Part shown: piece by piece, positions 15,557-25,656 of the stretch
How positions within the stretch are numbered: position 1 is the stretch's first letter
Layout: each line of letters begins with the position of its first letter
NCBI GenBank assembly: GCA_035647075.1
Contig: DASROF010000168.1
Coordinates: 23,456 to 87,455, forward strand
DNA from: Vicinamibacterales bacterium
Lineage (GTDB): Bacteria; Acidobacteriota; Vicinamibacteria; Vicinamibacterales; UBA2999
Reading direction: 5' to 3'
Length of the DNA stretch: 64,000 nt
Position numbers and translations under genes: made by a program
The notes under the pieces: generated by a model
Seen by the model: the letters and a program-made list of their open reading frames with translations, nothing else
The model's database searches: none
What the model was told of the DNA's origin: nothing

Positions 15557-18154
15557 ATGAACATCAACAGACTGACGGAGAAGGCCCAGGAATCGGTGCT
15601 CGCCGCGCAGAACCTCGCGACGCAGATGAATCACGCCGAGGTGACGCCGGAGCATCTGCTCGTGGCGCTGATCGAGCAGGAGGGCGGAATCGTTCCGTCG
15701 ATTCTGCGAAAGCTGAACCTCGATCCGGGAAGGGTTGCCACCGAGGCTCGTGGACTGGTGGCCAACCTGCCGCAGGCGTTCGGGGCTGAACTGCGGCTCT
15801 CGCCGCGGATGAATCTGATCGTGACGTCCGCCGAGGCCGAGGCGAAGCGGTTGCAGGATGAGTACGTCAGCACCGAGCACCTGCTCCTGGCGTTGGCAAC
15901 CGAGAGCGGGCGTTCCCCGGCCGCGCAACTGCTCCAGCGTTCAGGTGCGACAAAGGATGCGCTATACGCCGCGATGACTCAGGTGCGCGGGAATCAGCGT
16001 GTGACGTCGCAGAATCCGGAGTCGACCTACGAGGCGCTGGCGCGCTACGGCCGCGACCTGACGGACCTGGCGCGCAAGGGGAAGCTCGATCCGGTCATCG
16101 GGCGCGACGAAGAAGTCCGTCGCGTGATTCAGGTCCTGTCACGGCGCACGAAGAACAATCCGGTCCTTATCGGCGAACCCGGTGTCGGCAAAACGGCCAT
16201 CGTCGAAGGGCTCGCCCAGCGAATCGTTCGGGGTGATGTTCCTGAAGGTCTCAAGAACAAGAAGATCTTCGCGCTCGACATGGGCGCGCTCGTTGCCGGC
16301 GCCAAGTATCGGGGCGAGTTTGAAGAGCGGCTGAAAGCCGTACTGAAGGAGATCGTTGAATCGGAAGGCCAGATTGTCCTCTTCATCGACGAGCTCCACA
16401 CCGTCGTCGGGGCCGGTGCTGCCGAAGGCGCCATGGACGCATCGCAGATGCTGAAGCCGATGCTGGCGCGCGGCGAGCTCCATACGATCGGCGCGACGAC
16501 GCTCGACGAATATCGGAAACACATCGAGAAGGACGCCGCCCTCGAACGGCGCTTCCAGCCGGTGCTCGTCGGTGAGCCGACGGTCGAGGACACCATTTCG
16601 ATCCTGCGCGGGCTGCGCGAGCGCTATGAGATTCACCACCAGGTGACGTTCAAGGACGCCGCACTGGTCGCGGCGGCGGTGCTCTCGCACCGGTACATTT
16701 CAGATCGATTCCTGCCCGACAAGGCGATCGATCTGATGGACGAAGCCGCATCCCGACTCCGCATGGAGATCGACTCGATGCCTGCCGAACTCGATGAAGT
16801 GCGTCGCCGCGTCATGCAGCTCGAGATCGAGCGTGAGGCGTTGCGAAAAGAGACGGACAAGGCGTCGATCGATCGACTGGCACGGCTCGAAAAAGAGCTG
16901 GCGAACCTGAAGGAAGAAGAAACGCGGCTCCGTGCCCAGTGGCAGCAGGAGAAGGACGAGATCAGCGGCAGCAGCAATTTGAAGGAGCAGCTCGAACAGG
17001 CCAGGCTCGAGCTCGATGCGGCAATCCGTGCCGGCGACTACACGAAGGCGTCGGAACTGCAGTACGGCCGCATCCCACAGCTCGAAAAGACACTGCGGGA
17101 CCAGGAGGGCGCCACCAGACCGACCGGGTCCCGGATGTTGAAGCTGGAGGTTGACGAGGACGACATCGCCGAGGTGGTTGCCAAGTGGACGAATATTCCG
17201 GTGAGCCGGCTGTTGGAGGGCGAAATCCAGAAGCTGATTCACATGGAGCAGCGTCTGCATGAGCGGGTGATTGGCCAGGACGAGGCGATCACCGCCGTGG
17301 CCAACGCCATCCGACGGGCCCGCGCCGGACTACAGGATCCGAATCGGCCGCTGGGAAGCTTCATCTTCCTCGGCCCGACAGGTGTCGGGAAGACCGAGCT
17401 GGCGCGAGCGCTCGCGGAATTCCTGTTCGACGACGAGCACGCGATGATCCGGATCGACATGTCCGAGTACCAGGAGAAGCACACCGTGTCGCGGATGATC
17501 GGTGCGCCTCCGGGATATGTCGGCTACGACGAAGCAGGCCAGCTGACCGAGGCGGTGCGGCGACGCCCCTACTCCGTTGTGCTGTTCGACGAGATTGAGA
17601 AAGCGCACCCGGAAGTGCTCAACGTGCTGCTCCAGCTTCTGGACGACGGTCGTCTCACCGATGGCAAAGGGCGGACGGTCGACTTCAAGAACGCCGTCAT
17701 CATCATGACGTCCAACCTCGGCAGTCAATTCATCGCCGAGCACTCGGGGGATCTCACAGAAGGTGTGCGGCGCCAGGTCACTGAGGCGCTGCGCCAGCAC
17801 TTCAGGCCGGAATTCCTGAACCGGATCGACGAGATCATCTTCTTCCACGCCCTGGGTATCGAGCACATGAAAGCCATCGTCGACATCCAGGTGCACGGGC
17901 TGCTCAAACGACTCGAGGATCGCAAGATTCACGTCGATTTGACGGAGGGCGCGAAGGACTTCATCGTCGCGGAGGGTTACGATCCGATGTATGGAGCCAG
18001 GCCGCTGAAGCGTACGATCCAGCGGCGGGTGCTCGACCCGCTGGCCATGCGAGTGCTGGAGGGTGAATTCCACGAAGGCGACCACGTGGTTGTCGACGTG
18101 GGCGACAATGGGCTGAACTTCGTCAAGAAGCAGCCTGCCGAAGCGAAGACCTAG
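15557..18154 (+). CDS. clpB: ATP-dependent chaperone/disaggregase ClpB
   Basis: 865 aa. It has a Clp_N domain, two AAA+ modules ('GEPGVGKT' and '[11 protein letters not shown]') and a long coiled-coil M domain between them. Confidence 0.97.
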   Translation: MNINRLTEKAQESVLAAQNLATQMNHAEVTPEHLLVALIEQEGGIVPSILRKLNLDPGRVATEARGLVANLPQAFGAELRLSPRMNLIVTSAEAEAKRLQDEYVSTEHLLLALATESGRSPAAQLLQRSGATKDALYAAMTQVRGNQRVTSQNPESTYEALARYGRDLTDLARKGKLDPVIGRDEEVRRVIQVLSRRTKNNPVLIGEPGVGKTAIVEGLAQRIVRGDVPEGLKNKKIFALDMGALVAGAKYRGEFEERLKAVLKEIVESEGQIVLFIDELHTVVGAGAAEGAMDASQMLKPMLARGELHTIGATTLDEYRKHIEKDAALERRFQPVLVGEPTVEDTISILRGLRERYEIHHQVTFKDAALVAAAVLSHRYISDRFLPDKAIDLMDEAASRLRMEIDSMPAELDEVRRRVMQLEIEREALRKETDKASIDRLARLEKELANLKEEETRLRAQWQQEKDEISGSSNLKEQLEQARLELDAAIRAGDYTKASELQYGRIPQLEKTLRDQEGATRPTGSRMLKLEVDEDDIAEVVAKWTNIPVSRLLEGEIQKLIHMEQRLHERVIGQDEAITAVANAIRRARAGLQDPNRPLGSFIFLGPTGVGKTELARALAEFLFDDEHAMIRIDMSEYQEKHTVSRMIGAPPGYVGYDEAGQLTEAVRRRPYSVVLFDEIEKAHPEVLNVLLQLLDDGRLTDGKGRTVDFKNAVIIMTSNLGSQFIAEHSGDLTEGVRRQVTEALRQHFRPEFLNRIDEIIFFHALGIEHMKAIVDIQVHGLLKRLEDRKIHVDLTEGAKDFIVAEGYDPMYGARPLKRTIQRRVLDPLAMRVLEGEFHEGDHVVVDVGDNGLNFVKKQPAEAKT

Positions 18155-18163
18155 ACCGGATCG

Positions 18164-20077
18164 ATGGCCAACTATCCCAATCCGCCGGGCATGAACCCGC
18201 GCGACAAACGAACGGGTGACCGCCGCTCGCTCGGTTCGACCGGGCGCCAGGGCGGCACCCTGTGGTACGTGCTCGGGTTCCTGATGCTGATGGCGCTGGC
18301 TCAGGTCTGGTACCTGCAGCCTGCCGGCAAGACCATTTCCTACAGCGACTTCAAGCAGGCGGTTCGCGCCGGACGGGTCGCGGAGGTCCAGGTCGGCGAA
18401 CAGTCGATTCGTGGCACCTACAAGGGCGACGGAACGGAGAAGTTCAACGCCAACCGGATCGAAGATCCGAAGCTGCTCGAGGAACTCGACGCCTCGAATG
18501 TGAAATACACCGGCGAATTCGTCAGTCGATGGCTGCCGGAGATCCTGAGCTGGATCATTCCGCTGGTGCTCCTCTTCGCCATCTGGAGCTTCTTCTTCCG
18601 GCGAATCGGTGGCGCCGAGGGCGGCGTCATGTCCTTCGCCCGCAGCAAACACCGCGTGTTTGCGGAAGACGATGTGAAGGTCAGCTTCGCGGACGTCGCG
18701 GGCGTGGATGAAGCGGAACAGGAGCTCAAGGAGATCGTCGAGTTCCTCCAGAACCCGAAGAAGTACACGACCCTCGGCGGCCGGATTCCCAAGGGCGTGC
18801 TCCTGGTCGGGCCGCCGGGCACGGGTAAGACGCTGCTCGCGCGCGCTGTGGCCGGCGAGGCGAAGGTGCCGTTCTTCAGCCTGAGCGGCTCCGAGTTCGT
18901 CGAGATGTTCGTCGGCGTCGGCGCCGCCCGGGTGCGCGATCTCTTCTCACAGGCCGAGCAGAAGGCACCCTGCATCATCTTCATCGACGAGCTCGACGCA
19001 CTGGGTCGCGCGCGTGTTCAGAGTCCGATGGGCTCGCACGAGGAGCGTGAGCAGACGCTGAATCAGCTCCTCGCAGAGATGGACGGCTTCGATTCGCGCA
19101 AGGCCATCATCATCATGGCGGCGACGAATCGTCCCGAGGTGCTCGATCCTGCCCTGCTCCGTCCCGGGCGTTTCGATCGTCAGGTGCTGGTGGACAAGCC
19201 TGACATCAATGGTCGCGAGGCCGTGCTGCGGATTCACACCAAGCAGGTGAAGCTGGCGCCGACGATCGATCTCCGGGTCATCGCCGCCCGCACCGCCGGA
19301 TTCGCTGGCGCTGATCTCGCCAATCTGGTCAACGAAGCCGCGCTCCTCGCCGCACGGAAAGACAAGACCTCCGTCGAGATGTCCGACTTCGACGAGGCGA
19401 TCGACCGGCTGATCGCCGGACTCGAAAAGAAACGGGTGATGAGTACGAAGGAGCGCGAGATTGTCGCCTACCACGAGTCCGGACACGCGATCGTGGCGAC
19501 GATCATCCCGGGCATGGATCCCGTCCACAAGATCTCGATCGTGCAGCGCGGGTTCGGCGCGCTCGGCTACACGATGCAGCTGCCCCTCGAAGATCGGTAT
19601 CTGATGCAGCGGCAGGATTTGCTCAATCAGCTCGCCGTGCTGCTCGGCGGCAGAACGGCGGAAGAACTGGCGCTCGGCGAGATTTCAACCGGAGCGCAGA
19701 ACGATCTGCAGCGCGCCACGGACATCGCCCGCGCCATGGTCACGGAATGGGGCATGAGCGATGCTCTCGGCGCGGTGAATTACGACGGGCACAAGCGGAA
19801 CAAATTCCTGGACATGCAGTTGGGACCCGAGCGCGGTAACTATGCGGAAGACACGGCCCGCCTCATCGATGCGGAGGTGAAGCGCATCATGACGGAGGCG
19901 CATACGCGCGCCACAACGATCCTGACCGACAAGCGCGACATGCTCGAGACCGTCACCCGGAAGCTTCTGGAACAGGAAGTGATGGAAGGCGCCACACTAC
20001 GGTCGATTCTTGGCGTGCCGCCGGACGCAGTGACCCACGGCTCAGAGGGAATTCCCCTTCCGCCGGAACTGCGATAG
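18164..20077 (+). CDS. ftsH: ATP-dependent zinc metalloprotease FtsH
   Basis: N-terminal TM segments, AAA '[11 protein letters not shown]', SRH '[20 protein letters not shown]' and zinc site 'HESGHAIV'. It starts 9 nt after the clpB stop. Confidence 0.97.
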   Translation: MANYPNPPGMNPRDKRTGDRRSLGSTGRQGGTLWYVLGFLMLMALAQVWYLQPAGKTISYSDFKQAVRAGRVAEVQVGEQSIRGTYKGDGTEKFNANRIEDPKLLEELDASNVKYTGEFVSRWLPEILSWIIPLVLLFAIWSFFFRRIGGAEGGVMSFARSKHRVFAEDDVKVSFADVAGVDEAEQELKEIVEFLQNPKKYTTLGGRIPKGVLLVGPPGTGKTLLARAVAGEAKVPFFSLSGSEFVEMFVGVGAARVRDLFSQAEQKAPCIIFIDELDALGRARVQSPMGSHEEREQTLNQLLAEMDGFDSRKAIIIMAATNRPEVLDPALLRPGRFDRQVLVDKPDINGREAVLRIHTKQVKLAPTIDLRVIAARTAGFAGADLANLVNEAALLAARKDKTSVEMSDFDEAIDRLIAGLEKKRVMSTKEREIVAYHESGHAIVATIIPGMDPVHKISIVQRGFGALGYTMQLPLEDRYLMQRQDLLNQLAVLLGGRTAEELALGEISTGAQNDLQRATDIARAMVTEWGMSDALGAVNYDGHKRNKFLDMQLGPERGNYAEDTARLIDAEVKRIMTEAHTRATTILTDKRDMLETVTRKLLEQEVMEGATLRSILGVPPDAVTHGSEGIPLPPELR

Positions 20078-20102
20078 GGGCAGAGCGTAAAGATCGACTC
20101 TG

Positions 20103-21493
20103 CTAAGACGCCAGCGGCATCCTGGCCGCTTCCCAGGCCGCAATCCCGCCGGCGATCTCACTGACCTGACTGACTCCGGCGCGCTGCAGCAGGCTTGCCG
20201 CGAGTGACGACCGGTAGCCCCCCGCGCAGTAGACAAGGATCGGCCGATCGCGCGGAATCTCATCCAGCCGATCGCGAAGCTCCTGACATGGCACCGAGAC
20301 GCTTCCCGCGATCTTCTTAGCGGCCCGTTCGCCTGGTGCGCGGACATCCAGCAGAAGCGGCGGATTGACTCCACCAGCGCGTTCTGCCGCGAGCTCCGGC
20401 GTGATCCGCTCGGTCGTCGTGATCAGCGAGGGCCTGGCGTCAACGCTGCGGAAACCGCCGTCCAGATAGCCCACGACCGTGTCGAGGCCGATGCGGCCCA
20501 GCCGCAACGCCGACTCACTCTCCTGCCCAGGGTCGGCGATGATGAGAATCGGTTTCTCAGGGTCGAGTACGGTTCCTGCCCACGTCGCATACTGCCCCAC
20601 CAGTCCGATGTTGATGCTCCCCCGGAGATGCCCTGAGGCAAACTGGGCGGCATCTCGGGTATCGAGCACCTGCCCGCCGGCGTCCTGCACGGCGAGCACT
20701 TGATCCAGCGTCATCGGACTGACTTCTCGTGCGAGCGTTTCCTGCAGCGTCGCACGCTCGCGGCTGTTCAGCTGGGCGTCGTAGGTGAAGTACGACGGGG
20801 CCAGTGGCTGGTCCGCGGTCACCAGCTGGACGAACGCCTCCTTCGACATCGGCTGCAGCGCGTAGTTCAGTTTGCGCTGCTCACCGATCGTGGAGACGGT
20901 CTCTTTGCTGATCGCTTTTCCGCACAGCGAGCCGGCACCGTGTGCCGGATAGACCAGGCTGGAGTCCGGCAGCGCCAGAAGCTTCCGGTGCACCGAGTCG
21001 TACAGCATGCCGCCCAGTTCGGTCGCCGACCACCCGAGAGCCGCGCGCAAGTCCGGTCGGCCTACGTCGCCGACGAACAGCGTGTCGCCCGTCAAGACGG
21101 CCGCTGGCGCGGCGCCGCCCGCTGCCGCGTCGAACACAAGGATCGAGATCGATTCTGCCGTGTGGCCGGGCGTTTCAAGCGCCTCGAGGGACACCTGTCC
21201 CATCTCGATCCGATCGCCGTCACCGAGCGGTGTAAACGCGTACTCGGCCTGCGCCACGCGACCGAGGTAGATGCGCGCGCCCGTGCTATCCCGAAGCTCG
21301 AGGTGGCCGGCGATGAAGTCCGCGTGGAAGTGCGTGAGGATCACGTGCTTGATCGTCAGCCCGTGCTCGTGCGCGAAAGTCAGATACTGGTCGATATCGC
21401 GCTGCGGGTCGACCACGCAGGCCGTACCCGACGCCTCGTCACCGATCAGGTACGAGGCGTGGGCGAGACAGTTCAGATAGAACTGCTTGAGGA

Positions 21494-21497
<4 letters not shown>
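20103..21497 (-). CDS. MBL-fold persulfide dioxygenase-like protein fused to two rhodanese domains
   Basis: N-terminal 'ILTHFHADFIAGH' (HxHxDH-type metallo-beta-lactamase). The C-terminal half has rhodanese-like modules with 'VYCAGGYRSS' (active-site Cys loop). It overlaps the peroxiredoxin stop by 4 nt. Confidence 0.8.
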
Positions 21498-22138
<641 letters not shown>

Positions 22139-22287
22139 TATTCATGCCTCCTGAATTCCGCAACAATTCTATTCCCTGAGACGCCCCGGCACCGGTCACC
22201 GGTCCCGTCCGCCGTCCAGTCATTAACTTCGGCCCGTGGCGATTTCGGGTATCTGCGATAATCGCGGGCAGCTCATTACTCATCCAC

Positions 22288-25200
22288 ATGGACGGACCAG
22301 GTCAAGACCCCCACGCCTGGAATGGCGCCGTGCCGTCATTGGCATGCGCGTACTGTGGCAGTTCCGCTCCGCCGGCGGCGGGTCGATGCCCGCAATGCGG
22401 CCGTGCCCGCGCAGACAGTGACTCTCTGACCGTTCTGGGCGACGCCCTGACGCCCACACCGGTCCGAGCGACCGGAGAGACGTTCGGAAGCTCCTCCGAG
22501 GACGTTACACGTTTTGTGGCGCCTTCTGACATGCCCGAAGACGTGACCCGGGTGGTCGCGTCTGCCGACCCCTCCGAAGACCTCAGGCAATTTGCCGCTC
22601 CACCGGCAGCGTCTGAGGACCTCACGCGATTTGCCCCTCCACCGGCAGCGTCTGAGGATGTCACGCGATTTGCCGAGGCCGGCGATGCGCTGACGGTCGC
22701 GAGTCCCGTAATACCAGCCCCACCGCGGGCGTCTGTATCTGGCGCCGCGCGACGCTCCGGACGCGACACCGGGCCGCTCGAAGTCGGCCAGTCCTTCGGC
22801 CCTCGCTACCACATCATCCGGATGCTCGGGGTCGGCGGAATGGGCGCGGTGTATCAGGCCTGGGACGCGGAGCTAGGCGTTGCCGTGGCCATCAAAGTGA
22901 TTCGGCCGGAGGTCATGGACGATCCGGCCACCGCGGAGGAAGTCAGCCGGAGGTTCAAGCGCGAGTTGCTGCTGGCCCGGCAGGTCACGCACAAGAACGT
23001 CGTGCGCATTCACGACCTGGGCGATATCGACGGGATCAAGTACATCACGATGTCGTACGTCGAGGGCACGGACCTGGCGACGATCATCAAGCGCGACGGC
23101 AAGCGCCCGGTACGGGAGCTGCTCCATGTTGCCCGCGGCGTCATCGACGGACTGGTCGCGGCTCATTCTGCAGGCGTCGTCCATCGTGATCTGAAACCCG
23201 CGAACATCATGATCGGCAAGGATGGTGAGGCGCTGATCATGGACTTCGGGATCGCGCACTCGACAGGTGACGCGAATACCGCACCGGGGGTGGGCACGGG
23301 CACGCTCCCCGAGCACCTCCGCCGTGCCGCAGCGCAGCACACCGGAACAACGGTCGGCGCCATCGTCGGAACGCTGGAATATATGGCCCCCGAGCAGGCG
23401 CGGGGACAGACGATCGATCAACGCGTCGACGTCTACGCGTTCGGCCTGATTCTGTACGACGCATACCTGGGACAACGGCGCGCCGCATCCGGGGGCAGTG
23501 CGGTTGAAGAACTGCAGCGGCGAATGGCCGCGCCGCCTCCGCCGATTCAGATGCTGGCCACGGACATCCCCGCTCCGCTGGCCGCGTTGATTGGACGCTG
23601 CGTCGAGCCCGAGGCCGACAAGCGCTTCCAGACGTCTGCCGAAGTCGCCGCGGAATTGGGACGACTCGACGACGAGGGCAAGCTGATTCCCATCAAGCGG
23701 GTCGTTCGCCTTCCGTACGCGATCGCGGCTGCGGGGTTACTCGTCGCGACGTCGGTCGGGGTGTGGTGGTATCAGCGCCAGTTCATCCCGCCGGCGACCC
23801 ACGCGTCGATGAAGGTTGTGATCGCCGATTTCGTGAACGGGACCAAGGATCCGGCATTCGACGGCACCCTTGAACCGCAGCTCAGACGCGTACTCGAAGG
23901 TGCGACATTCATCAGCGCGTACGACAGGCGAAGAATCGGCGGCCTCGGGGTGCAAGCGCCCGAGCACCTCGACGAAGCGGCGGCGCTGCTGCTCGCGGCG
24001 AATCAAGGCGTAGCGACGGTCGTCTCTGGCTCGGTGGCGCCTCGCGGCAGCGGTTATCGAGTCGTCGCGAAAGCGACTCGCTTGGCGCCCCGCGAGGTGA
24101 TCACCACGGAGTCCGGCGATGCGGCGGGTAAGGATCAGGTCCTCGACGTGGCCACGCGGTTGATGGCTCGAATCCGCACGGCGCTCGGCGACGATACGCC
24201 GGAATCTGCCCAGCTCTTTGCGATGCGAAGTGTGTCCGCCAGCTCGCTCGAGGTGGTCCGTCACTACACCGCGGCGATGGAAGCGCAATCAGGCGGACAG
24301 TTCGAGAAGGCGAAGGACAGCTATTTGAAGGCGGTCGGACTGGATCCGACGTTCGCGCTGGGCTACCAGGGCCTGGCTGCCGTGTCGCAAAATCTCGATC
24401 AGCCTGAGGACGCGGACAAATACATCAAGGAGGCGTTGAAGCACCTCGAGGGCTTGACTGATCGTGAGAAGTTCGCCACGCGCGGCTATTACTACCTGAT
24501 GATTGGCGACAATCAGCAGTGCGTCAAGGAATACGGCGATAAGCTGGCGAAGTATCCAGCGGATATCGTCTCGCACAACCAGCGCGCCATTTGCTTGAAG
24601 AACCTGCGGCAGATGAGAGACGCGGCCGAGGAAATGCGGCAGGCCGTGGAGGCACTGCCGAATCACATTGTCCTGAGGACCAATTACGCGCTGTTCCTCG
24701 CCTTCTCCAGCCAATTCGCGGAGGTCGAGGCCCAGGTCAGGAAAACCAACCCGCCCCTTCGTACCGGGCTGGCCGCCCTCGCCTACAGCCAGATCGGCCG
24801 CGGCCTAGTCTCAGAGGCCACCGCGACGTTCAACACGCTTGCAACGATGGACGCACGAAGCAAGTCCTTGAGTGCTTCAGGACTGGGTGACGTGCTGATC
24901 TATCAAGGGGCCTTCTCCGTCGCGATTCGCATCCTCGAGCGCGGTGCAGCGGCAGATCTCGCCGCCGGGAGTCCGCATCGAGCGGCCCTGAAATGGACGA
25001 CGATCGCGTACGCGCATCTCATGGCGGGCCGGCCTGCTGCCGCCATTGCCGCTGCAAACACGGCGCTGACGACCAGCCAGACCGTGCCAGTCCGCTTTCT
25101 CGCCGCCCGTACGTTGGTCGAAGCAGGCGCGCTCGACAAAGCGCGACCCGTGGCCGCTGCTCTTCTCTCGGCGGCGCAGCCCGAACCGAAGGCCTACGGC

Positions 25201-25581
25201 AAGATCATCGAAGGCCTGATCGCGTTGCAGGCGAATAAGGCAACCGACGCCATTACATTGCTGACTGAGGCGAACACGCTGCTCGATACCTGGTATGGCC
25301 GTTTCGATCTCGGGCGGGCGTATCTCAAAGCGGAGATGTTCGTGCAGGCGGACTCGGAATTCGATCGTGCCATCGGTCGTCGCGGCGAGGCGACTGCGCT
25401 CGTGGACGATGAGGAGCCGTCTTATGGCCAGTTCCCGCTCGCCTACTACTATCTCGGGCGCGCGCGAGAAGGCGCCGGAGGCGCGAAGTTTGCCGAATCC
25501 TACCGGGAGTACCTCAAGATTCGCGGTGCTTCGACTGAAGATCCGATCGTCAAAGACGCGCGCGGGCGCGCTGGTGGGTAG
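22288..25581 (+). CDS. Ser/Thr protein kinase with N-terminal zinc ribbon, tandem EDxTRF repeats, one TM segment and an extracytoplasmic TPR-rich region
   Basis: Zinc ribbon 'CAYCGSS...RCPQCG'. Kinase motifs 'AIKVI', 'HRDLKPANIM', 'DFGIA' and 'YMAPEQ'. TM segment 'YAIAAAGLLVATSVGVWWY', then TPR-like helices running to the C-terminus. Confidence 0.85.
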   Translation: MDGPGQDPHAWNGAVPSLACAYCGSSAPPAAGRCPQCGRARADSDSLTVLGDALTPTPVRATGETFGSSSEDVTRFVAPSDMPEDVTRVVASADPSEDLRQFAAPPAASEDLTRFAPPPAASEDVTRFAEAGDALTVASPVIPAPPRASVSGAARRSGRDTGPLEVGQSFGPRYHIIRMLGVGGMGAVYQAWDAELGVAVAIKVIRPEVMDDPATAEEVSRRFKRELLLARQVTHKNVVRIHDLGDIDGIKYITMSYVEGTDLATIIKRDGKRPVRELLHVARGVIDGLVAAHSAGVVHRDLKPANIMIGKDGEALIMDFGIAHSTGDANTAPGVGTGTLPEHLRRAAAQHTGTTVGAIVGTLEYMAPEQARGQTIDQRVDVYAFGLILYDAYLGQRRAASGGSAVEELQRRMAAPPPPIQMLATDIPAPLAALIGRCVEPEADKRFQTSAEVAAELGRLDDEGKLIPIKRVVRLPYAIAAAGLLVATSVGVWWYQRQFIPPATHASMKVVIADFVNGTKDPAFDGTLEPQLRRVLEGATFISAYDRRRIGGLGVQAPEHLDEAAALLLAANQGVATVVSGSVAPRGSGYRVVAKATRLAPREVITTESGDAAGKDQVLDVATRLMARIRTALGDDTPESAQLFAMRSVSASSLEVVRHYTAAMEAQSGGQFEKAKDSYLKAVGLDPTFALGYQGLAAVSQNLDQPEDADKYIKEALKHLEGLTDREKFATRGYYYLMIGDNQQCVKEYGDKLAKYPADIVSHNQRAICLKNLRQMRDAAEEMRQAVEALPNHIVLRTNYALFLAFSSQFAEVEAQVRKTNPPLRTGLAALAYSQIGRGLVSEATATFNTLATMDARSKSLSASGLGDVLIYQGAFSVAIRILERGAAADLAAGSPHRAALKWTTIAYAHLMAGRPAAAIAAANTALTTSQTVPVRFLAARTLVEAGALDKARPVAAALLSAAQPEPKAYGKIIEGLIALQANKATDAITLLTEANTLLDTWYGRFDLGRAYLKAEMFVQADSEFDRAIGRRGEATALVDDEEPSYGQFPLAYYYLGRAREGAGGAKFAESYREYLKIRGASTEDPIVKDARGRAGG
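22492..22677 (+). repeat. Coding tandem repeat: five copies of a 12-13-aa unit with core [SP]-E-D-[VL]-[TR]-[RQ]-[FV]
   Basis: Encodes 'SSEDVTRFVAPSDMPEDVTRVVASADPSEDLRQFAAPPAASEDLTRFAPPPAASEDVTRFA'. The last two units (22598-22636 and 22637-22675) are 36/39 nt identical. Confidence 0.85.
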
Positions 25582-25593
25582 TGCTTGACGGCT

Positions 25594-25636
25594 GAAGGGG
25601 ACGACCAGGGCTCCGGTCGCCCCGCTCGTCCCCTTC
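25594..25636. terminator. Strong hairpin between convergent genes (bidirectional terminator candidate)
   Basis: A perfect 11-bp stem, gaaggggacga/tcgtccccttc, encloses a 21-nt GC-rich loop. It lies between the kinase stop (25581) and the metzincin-like gene stop (25657). Confidence 0.65.
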
Positions 25637-25656
25637 GCAGATGACTCTTCGCCTGG

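Noticed and set aside
17330-18652. 440-aa ORF on the minus strand across the clpB/ftsH junction
   Set aside because: It is entirely antisense to two unambiguous, motif-rich genes. Its product is Arg/Asp/Val-rich low-complexity sequence with no motifs. This is the typical stop-codon-poor antisense frame of GC-rich DNA.
20080-20103. A 6-bp hairpin (gcagag..ctctgc) between ftsH and the MBL-rhodanese gene as a terminator
   Set aside because: The stem is short, the loop is 12 nt and there is no T-tract. It is too weak to call.
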